Shown one piece after another: positions 1 through 7,582 of a stretch of DNA of 8,091 bases. Under the pieces are notes generated by a model that was not told the origin of the DNA, searched no databases, and saw nothing but the letters and a program-made list of their open reading frames with translations. The stretch's first letter is position 1, and every line of letters starts with the position of its first letter. Source of the stretch: Geosiphon pyriformis uo1 (lineage: Eukaryota; Fungi; Glomeromycota); contig JAAOMT010000767.1 of the NCBI GenBank assembly GCA_016748015.1, positions 1 through 8,091 of the forward strand, written 5' to 3'. A program made the position numbers and the translations under genes.

Positions 1-516
1 GGGGGGGACGTAACTATCAAACCATTTCTTCAATAATCATGGTGTGGGGGTTTGCTTAAGGGTTATTCAGGGAGTATTTAGTGACGCTTCCTGTATGTGC
101 TTGAGTTGTTGTGGTAAATAGGTACCCTTACAACCTACTAGAGCTCTTACCCATGACCATAGACCTTCCTACCATTACCATGATTACCCTTACAAACTCT
201 ATACAAACAAAGCAGCTTACCACATACCCCAAACAAACCCCAATCAACCAACCCAACCTACACAGATCCCACTAGGGACACCTATGTACCTATCAGATGG
301 GACCCAACCAATCCCTCCCGATATACCATGGGTTGTATGGATCCCACCGACTTCCCCCCACAAGTTCAGGATTGGTGTGGTTATGGTATCCTCCAGATGT
401 ACAAGGGGCATGTAAATGATCCTCTTTGACCAAATAGAGTAACTCAAAGATATCAAGCAACCTCCAATTAGTAACCCATATATAGTCAAAAGGGATATGG
501 TCCTGGGAGGATACAG
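1..516 (+). repeat. Terminal direct repeat, copy 1 (circular overlap or tandem-unit boundary)
   Basis: 1-516 (gggggggacgtaactatc...ctgggaggatacag) is identical to 7576-8091, offset 7575. Confidence 0.97.
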
Positions 517-980
517 GGGAGTTGGGTATGACCACAAGGGCCCCATGATCCAACCTGGTGGTGTTGGTATCCAAATAGTACCGTATACCTGGTGGTGTGG
601 GATCCCCCAAAGGGTCCTCTGTAGATGGGGTAATGGTCATCTTGTAACAACCAACCCCAAGTCCTATCAAAAAGTACCAACACTCGTGATGATGGATAGG
701 AGCCCCTATTTTTGAATACGTGTGGTTACCAAGTACCCAATAATATACGGGGGGTATTCTATACAACCCATGAGTCAAACACCAGGATCCAAGCCCCTAG
801 TACCTACCAAAAACTGCGTAAACAAGCCAAGTCCAACAACCCAACAAACCCAACCCCAAATCAAATGCATGGATCCCCTAAGTCAACAAAAGGGCCACAT
901 ACCAAAAATGCTTGTGTCCATGGCTGGTTGTAGACTTGGATTCAATGGGGGAATAAGGCTCCCAAATCTCCATGCCAAAG

Positions 981-1140
981 GGTGCTTCGGTCGTGTAAGC
1001 TATAGAGTACGAAATGAGCTGTAATAGCAGTAAATGGATTACTGTTTTATAGTATATTGCATAGCCTATGGGGTATATCGCAGGATTGGAGCGCTTAGCT
1101 TTACCCTATAGCCTCATGTGTAAGTAATAGGAGCCTGGGG
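981..1140 (+). ncRNA. Structured element A (multibranch, unknown family)
   Basis: Closing stem 999-1009/1102-1112 (10 of 11 bp), 15-bp hairpin 1018-1053 with G-U pairs, second hairpin about 1053-1077, carries motif copy A. Confidence 0.45.
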
Positions 1141-1860
1141 ATGAATATGGATTGTAAAGCAACTTGGATAGCCATGTACCCATTTTAAGCAGTAATAGGA
1201 TAGCAGGGTTATAAGCTCCAAAGTCCTAAGCAGTCCTCAAGGCATACAACTCGAGCAGAGTCCTTAAAGGTATTAGCTTTGGATATAGCAGTACCACTTA
1301 CAATTGTGAGCATCAGTTCAAGTCCCAAAATCTAGCTTGGGGATAGTATTACTACTCTATATCTCAATATCCAGACGAGGTCTAATTTAGTATAGTACGA
1401 TAAGTACTAGTAGTATACAACAAAGGGGGGCCAATTAAACTGTAAGTTGTAATGATACCAAACAGGTACAAAGTATAGTAGCTCACGGGACCTTTAATCT
1501 ACAGGATAGTACTCCAGTTATAGTGGACGCTCCATCCAACCAATTCGGGTATGACCATCCCAAGACCATCCTAACAGGTACTAGACTTCACCTATCCAAG
1601 TTCTAAAGGTAAAGTTATGATCAGTCATTGAGGGTACAGAGCACTACAAACCAGTCCCTGTGGTACCCAAAAAAGTTACACCTGTAGGACCCAAGTCCAA
1701 ATAGGTACAAGTCGTATGGCCAAAAAGGTCCCCATCCAAGCAATCAAGCATCCCCAATCAAGCTTTCCCAGAGGACTCTACTATCAGGTCCCATAACTAT
1801 TGCGACTCATGAGACTTAAGTTTGTGGGATTCATTGGTAAGTAATGATGGTCAGGTCAAA

Positions 1861-2340
1861 CACCCCCAGAGAGTATACCGCCAATGGCAAAACCCACAAC
1901 AACCACCCAATAACCACAACCCCCACACAAGCTACCAATACAAAGCAAACCCACCCACAAAACGAGAACCATACTCCCATTGGGACCCATGGCAAGTAAC
2001 CAGATGGGTCCTCCTACTCCTGTACAAAAACCAAAAACAGGGAACCCCCACCCCACCACCCATCCAAAGACCAACAACCCACCATCCCCAGTACCACCAC
2101 CCAACCTAACCCATGCCAAGTACCCAATAAAAACCCAAACAGATTACAACAACCCTCAAACGCGGTCCCAGACACACAAAATACACCAAATATCCCAAAT
2201 CAAGTCTCTACTACCGTACCCAACCAATGGTCCCCCCAATCACCGTCAATACTCATATACATACAAATACCTACCAAAGGACCATCAGACCTAAACTCCT
2301 ACCTATCAATCCCTAGTAGGACCCAAACCAATCACTCCCC
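1861..2340 (+). other. C/A-rich low-complexity tract
   Basis: Dominated by caa/cca/aac/ccc with few G. It produces spurious P/T/N/Q/H-rich ORFs on + and G/V/W-rich ORFs on -. Confidence 0.8.
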
Positions 2341-3224
2341 TAACCAAAGTACCGTAGACCTACCAATCCCCTAAAGGCTCCTACCAATTAGTAAACAAGG
2401 GACTTTGCACTACTTGATGGATCCAGTACTTGTTCCAAGTCTCCAAATCCAATGTAGGGGGTAGCCAAGACGTCTGTACGGCAGTACTCAAACCTTTACA
2501 CGTATCCAAGTTACTTCTGGGCTTCTCATAGACGACCTGTTTGAATCCCCAAGTAGTCAAGGTAAATGAGAGTTTAGACGTATCTCCTAATTAAGCTGAA
2601 ATAGTAAAGACTACTGGTCATGGCAGTATATGGTAGGTATTAGGGGGCCTTATGGGATCCAAAGCTGAGTACTCAGTAGCAAATCCAAACGGACCATATG
2701 CGATACCAACCAATATACCCATACCATACCTGCGGATATCTGTAGACCTAAGGGACCCTGTTTAGAGCTTTTGAGGGGTGGGGTGGGGCATTCGCTATAC
2801 TGTTACTCACAGGACCACTATCTAGCAAGGCTTGCTCAAGCAGCATACAATCACCAATGACCACACAATAATCACCATATCTCTATGCAGCCCATGCAGG
2901 CGAAAGCTCTATCAAACCATTGGGTCTGTATCCATCAGGACTACGCTACTATCCCTGTTGACAAGTAAAGCCAGCTATCCACAACTTTAGTAGTACCAAT
3001 CCCCATGGATCCTTTGTACAGCACTGAGTACCCAACATCACCTATCCCTAATATTGGGTAGGGGTTGTACCCAAGTCCCATCTACCTACCCATACCCGGG
3101 CAGCCAGTAGACCCTATTGACGAATCCTTACAAATCCAAGCCTACGAGATGTGTACTGGTCGTAATTGGGTACGGGCAGTCTACCAAGTCTTATAAGCCC
3201 CATCCACCAAAGGGGGGGGGGAGG

Positions 3225-3285
3225 TTTCGCAGGGGCTTTGATTTAGCTTTACCCCTGGGTGTAAGCAGGAGTCAAAGGAGCCGCG
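3225..3285 (+). ncRNA. Structured element B (long imperfect hairpin, unknown family)
   Basis: ctttgatt 3236-3243/agtcaaag 3270-3277 and gctttacc 3246-3253/ggtgtaagc 3258-3266. Shares four collinear blocks with element A. Confidence 0.45.
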
Positions 3286-4566
3286 CGTACCCATCCCTCC
3301 AGGGATCCCCCCAATGACCCTATAGATAGGACTTCGATTGTATACCTCTAGCCTATTCAGTACTGTCCCTATTTTTGGGAGTCCTTTAGCTTATTCTAGA
3401 GACCACCAACCATAGGCAAACTCTCCGTCCAATGAGGCCTTTAGTAGGATCTACATATAGAGCGAGGACCAAAGGGTCTGGTATACCGTTATCTCCCCAT
3501 CCAATCCACTAGAAGTACTAAAACTCCCAACACAAAAGGAGTACTTGATTGCAAGCACAAGCAAACCCAGACTTCTTAAACAGACGCACTTAAATTGGAT
3601 TACCTATTGAGTACTCCTATTGGTAGATCCCAAGATGGGCTTACTCAACGTACTTACCAATCCTGATACATGGTAGTGTCAACTCTTGTACTTGGGTGTC
3701 ATCCTCCAATCACTGTAATACGGCATAATTGGGTTACTGAGTGTTGTGGCTGTATGAGAGCTTAAGGAGTATTTAGATTTAAGGAGTCCCCAATGGTCCA
3801 AAGCTAAAAAGACCATTAGGTCAAGACCGGGGGGGGTAATAAAAGGTATCCATCATAGCACAAGGGGATATCGTATCATGCCGTCGTATAATGGTTATAT
3901 GGATCCCATTCAGTAGAAGCTTTAAACATGAAGGTTGGGGGTGGATGGCCGTGCCCAACCAACAAAGTTCTGACCAATAGTACTCCTAATCACTCTAGTA
4001 GAAATGGTCTTGGCGGTCTTTAAGCTATGCTTCTTGGCAATAAAAAAAGGGACTTGGTAGACCCATGAGTAGGCAAATCCAAATATATGATGAGTCCTTA
4101 GGTATTGGTGGGCATGAATTTGACAGGATTTGGGTACTTGGATATGGGGGGGGGTAAAGCCCTTGGGGTTCAGTGTAGTACGAGGTCCCAGAAAAACAAA
4201 GGGGTCTTACCCGACTAATATAGAATGGATGGTTGTGGGTCATTAGGGGCCTTGTTGTGTATTATACCCACAAGTACCCAATCTGCTCTTTAAGTAATCT
4301 CCCAATACCCATTTAGTACCAACTATATCCCCAGTTTGTAAGCAGTACAGATAGCAATGGCAAGTCCAAATCTCCATATCTTGGCAACCAAAACTGGAGT
4401 ACTCAAGTTCCCTTTGGATCCGTATTTCTCAAGGACTCCCTGGTCTGCAATGACTGAGGATTGGGGGTATAGAGTATCATGAGGTTGATAGGGAAACCAA
4501 TCCTGCTACCTTATGGGTATCCAAGGTCAAGAAGGCTTACAGGATGAGTACAGTACCTCACCAAAT

Positions 4567-4646
4567 CAGGGACAGCTCTCTAATGGCTGCTTCGCACGTG
4601 GGCTATAGAAAGTAAGACCCGTACTCTAGGAGGGAGGCGGACCCTG
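4567..4646 (+). ncRNA. Structured element H (multibranch, unknown family)
   Basis: caggg 4567-4571/ccctg 4642-4646, cagct/ggctg 4573-4589, gcttc/gaggc 4589-4638, with an internal stem-loop containing GTAAG at 4612-4616. Confidence 0.3.
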
Positions 4647-5104
4647 TATTTTGTGGGGCCCGTATCCCTTTATTGGGTAGGTACTTGGTTGGGTACTATT
4701 TGTCAATGCTGTCTCAAGAAAACAAGTCTCTACTAAGTTACATCCCCAATATTGGTTGGTAGATCCTAAGTAAAGATACTCCTATACAAGTAGTACAGAT
4801 ACTATCCCCAATCCCCAAGTGCTACAAGGTACCCGGATCCACAGGCCATAACTCCTAAAAAGGATAGAACAAGTTATACAAAAGCTTACCCAAGTACATG
4901 GTACCCACTATTGGTAAGGGGGAGTATTAGGTGCCCTTTGACTACTAAAAGAGGACAATACTATAGATTTACATATGCCACTTTACTACCTATGGGGACT
5001 ATCCAATTGACCAATTTACTTTACCCTATTAGATGGATGGTATACCAAGTCCCAAACCAAAGGGGTCTCTGACCCCACACCACCAATACGGGATCCCCCC
5101 CACC

Positions 5105-5190
5105 TATGCAATTTCGAATAGTGCTTGCAGAGCCAAGGCTGCGCAAGTAAAGAAAGCTTTCGCGACTGTAAGCAGTGAGCATCAAAGTAA
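5105..5190 (+). ncRNA. Structured element C (two hairpins, unknown family)
   Basis: tgcttgc 5122-5128/gcaagta 5143-5149, actg-taag-cagt 5165-5176, cttt 5157-5160/aaag 5184-5187. Confidence 0.4.
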
Positions 5191-6005
5191 CAGACTTGAA
5201 CAACCAATTACACCCATTACAATAGTCCCCCTCCATACCCTACCATGGATACCCACCCATATCAGTCTTTACACCACAAAACCAGTCCCAACACCATAAA
5301 TACCTGTAGATCCTACAAAGGGGTATTTGTAGCATAACATTAAGCCCCTTTGATACCTCCGTAAGCTTATAGGGACCCTATGTATGGGGGGCAATCCTAT
5401 GAGCAAATCACCGCTACCAAAAGCAGCAAAAAATCCAAGATCGCCCGTATCCTGTATTCTAATGAGGTTCGCAAAGAAGCGGCGCGCATTGCGCAAGTAA
5501 GCATAACCAGTATTTGAGGGGATTGGATGGCCCCATGTTATCCCAAGTCTACGAGGCTCTAGGATTTGGTTATGGTTGATTGGTTTGTAAAGTAAGTACT
5601 CTTTAGTCTCGAGCCATATTAGGGTATTTTGATGGGTATTGGTTTAAGCCATGGAGATATCACTACCCTGTATAAATGAGGTTATCCTACCTCATACTTT
5701 TAGTAATAAGCAAATACCAAATCGACGCCCCAACCACACTCCGGATCTACAAGCTTACTACTTGTCCAAGTATGGCCAATGATAGAGCTAGAGGACTTGA
5801 TGTGTAGCGGGGGGGGGGTGTTGTGGGGGAACCAATAGGGTTCCAATAAATCCCTACAAGCATTTACCCAACCAAGGCTTTATACCCATGTCCTTGCCTA
5901 GAAATCAAATGGCTATTACTTTTTGAGGGTACTAGTAACGGCCGTGTATCCAAACCAAGGCCCCTAATGGTTAGCAAAGTGGTCCAACCATAGATCCCCC
6001 ATAAG

Positions 6006-6097
6006 GCGTAAATGGCAGTTGAGATAACGCTATCGCAATATATCTGACAACCACTCACGGGGTCCATTTCGCAGTTGGCTTTAGCATGATTTAAAGC
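6006..6097 (+). ncRNA. Structured element E (three-way junction plus hairpin)
   Basis: gcgtaaatgg 6006-6015/ccatttcgc 6064-6072, gttgagata 6018-6026/tatctgacaac 6041-6051, gctttag 6078-6084/ttaaagc 6091-6097. Confidence 0.4.
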
Positions 6098-6791
6098 TCT
6101 CAATCCCCACACAAAGTAAATGGGATCCCCAACCCCTATCAATCTGGTACTTGTAGGCCGACTCAGGGGGTATGAGCACCAAAAAAAGCGAGGGGAGGGG
6201 CCCCAGGTCAGATGTAAAGGTACAAAAGTAGTCATGGGGATGGGGCCAGGTACAAATTGGGGATATGGGTACAATGGTTTAGAGATAGGGTCTGCACAAG
6301 TACCATTGGGGATTTGTTAATACCCACCTGTAAAACAACACCAAATGGTTGTAAATTTTTGTATCCCCTACCCCAAAATACCACAACCAGTCCCATCCCA
6401 CTAACTATACCTAAAATACACCATCCACTCAAACCTCTTACAAAAATGACACTTTACCCACCAAACCCTTTTGTTTACCCTAATCTCACCCCACCCAGGC
6501 ATTATACCTCTCCAATAATAGGATCCATCCTTGATACTATCTAGGGGGGCAGAAAATATACTGATTCGTAGGGGGTAGTTCAACCCTCTACCCAACTGAT
6601 CAGATCCCAACCCTATGTGGGACTCAAACAAATGGTAGCCAATTACTAAACAGCCCCAGGTACCCATGAGTCCAGTAACCAGGGGGTCCCCTACCACCAA
6701 CCCTTGTGGGACAAAACCAAACAGGACCAATCCCCCAATCCCCTTGCTCCACCAGTACACAAACGTGCCCAAACCCAAATACCATCCCATA

Positions 6792-7103
6792 CTTGCCGAG
6801 TAAAGCAAGGCGCCCTTGCGCTAGCTAGAGGAGGTTGACGCCAACTTGTGGGTCCGCGAAATCTTGTATGGCTATAGGATCATGGCGCATAAGGGATGGC
6901 GCCCTATGAGCTAATAAATCAGTCGTACCATGTTGCGCGCAAAGCATGTAAATATCCTAGAGCATGGTGTATAAAGCAGCCATAGGGCTAAGCCGGTTGT
7001 ATGAGGTACCAACTGCGTTACTCAGATGACTCAATATCTCTTGTTAAAGCAAGGTCCTTTCAGCAGCAGTGCGACTTTCGCCAGTAAGGTAGTCGGAGGG
7101 GCC
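6792..7103 (+). ncRNA. Structured element F (about 310 nt, multidomain, unknown family)
   Basis: Hairpins 6805-6819 and 6832-6847, nested stems tatggct 6867-6873/agccata 6978-6984 and taggat 6875-6880/atccta 6954-6959 enclosing two hairpins, hairpin 6991-7019, ggtccttt 7053-7060/gaggggcc 7096-7103. Confidence 0.45.
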
Positions 7104-7503
7104 CCCCAAGGGGTAGAATGGGTATAGGTTCTAGAGTTGAAAGCAGCGAGATAACAGGGGGCCAAGGGTAGTAGTGGATGGGACCAGACCCATCAAAACC
7201 AACCCATCCCATTAGCTAAGGGGGATGGCTATCATAGCAACTATGGGGCAGCTGGCTTGGCAGGTGGGATGCGCCGCCTGCAAAAAAAAAGGGCATAGAT
7301 GACTGCTCTAGCAACACAAACAGGTCAACAAGGTATTTTGGTTTGTGGGTGACAAAAATAGGGAGTGGGGGGGGGGTGATTGGTGGTATGCCCACTCGTG
7401 TGATTGGGGGCTAAAGCTTGATCTCTGCAAGTACGCGCATATCTTATGGCGCCCATACGGTTTACAAACTGAGAGGTATTTGGTGGATTTTAGGCCCTCT
7501 ATT

Positions 7504-7582
7504 GGGGGGGGGTGTGATTGGGGTATGGGGAGTTGGGCGTTAATAACGGGTGGTGGGGTGGTGGGGGGGGGGGGGGGGGGGG
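7504..7582 (+). other. G-rich tract ending in G20 (7563-7582), G-quadruplex-capable
   Basis: G9 at 7504-7512, several further GGG(G) runs, then 20 consecutive G. The window starts inside this run. Confidence 0.8.

Larger units (their letters stand above)
1..7575 (+). other. 7,575-nt putatively circular element with no recognisable genes
   Basis: End-to-start overlap, no standard-code ORF >161 aa, no recognisable replication, capsid, RT or organellar protein, and pervasive stem-loops. Confidence 0.65.

Noticed and set aside
645-660. Kinetoplast minicircle CSB-3-like GGGGTTGGTTGTTA on the minus strand
   Set aside because: An inexact match in a G/T-rich context, with no CSB-1 or CSB-2 at the expected spacing.
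667-702. Minus-strand PIHHHECWYFL resembling cytochrome b PxHIxPEWYFL
   Set aside because: The PE of PEWY is missing, there are in-frame TAG codons upstream, and no other cob motif or heme-ligand helix is visible.
1205-1265. Twister-like pattern (taa-gctc...gtcctaagc...gagc-agag)
   Set aside because: It lacks the GC after P2, the P4 stem and the pseudoknot partner.
1856-2400. Hydrophobic minus-strand frames resembling cox3 or nad genes
   Set aside because: These are a product of G/T richness, are interrupted by TAG in mitochondrial codes, and lack conserved motifs.
4454-4500. CTGAGGA...GAAAC hammerhead core
   Set aside because: Stems I-III cannot be formed properly and aggattgg/ccaatcct sequesters the core. 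I found no CUGANGA on the minus strand.
6980-7030. P(TAG)G...RYSDD as reverse transcriptase motifs
   Set aside because: It needs TAG read-through, PQG and YxDD are only about 10 residues apart rather than about 30 or more, and other RT motifs are absent.
7139-7185. gataacagg...ccaag resembling the LSU rRNA peptidyl-transferase region, and other short rRNA-like words
   Set aside because: These are isolated short matches. The flanking universal rRNA sequences are absent on both strands.
7260-7290. Rho-independent terminator
   Set aside because: The orientation is wrong: the hairpin is followed by A on +, and the U tract precedes the hairpin on -.
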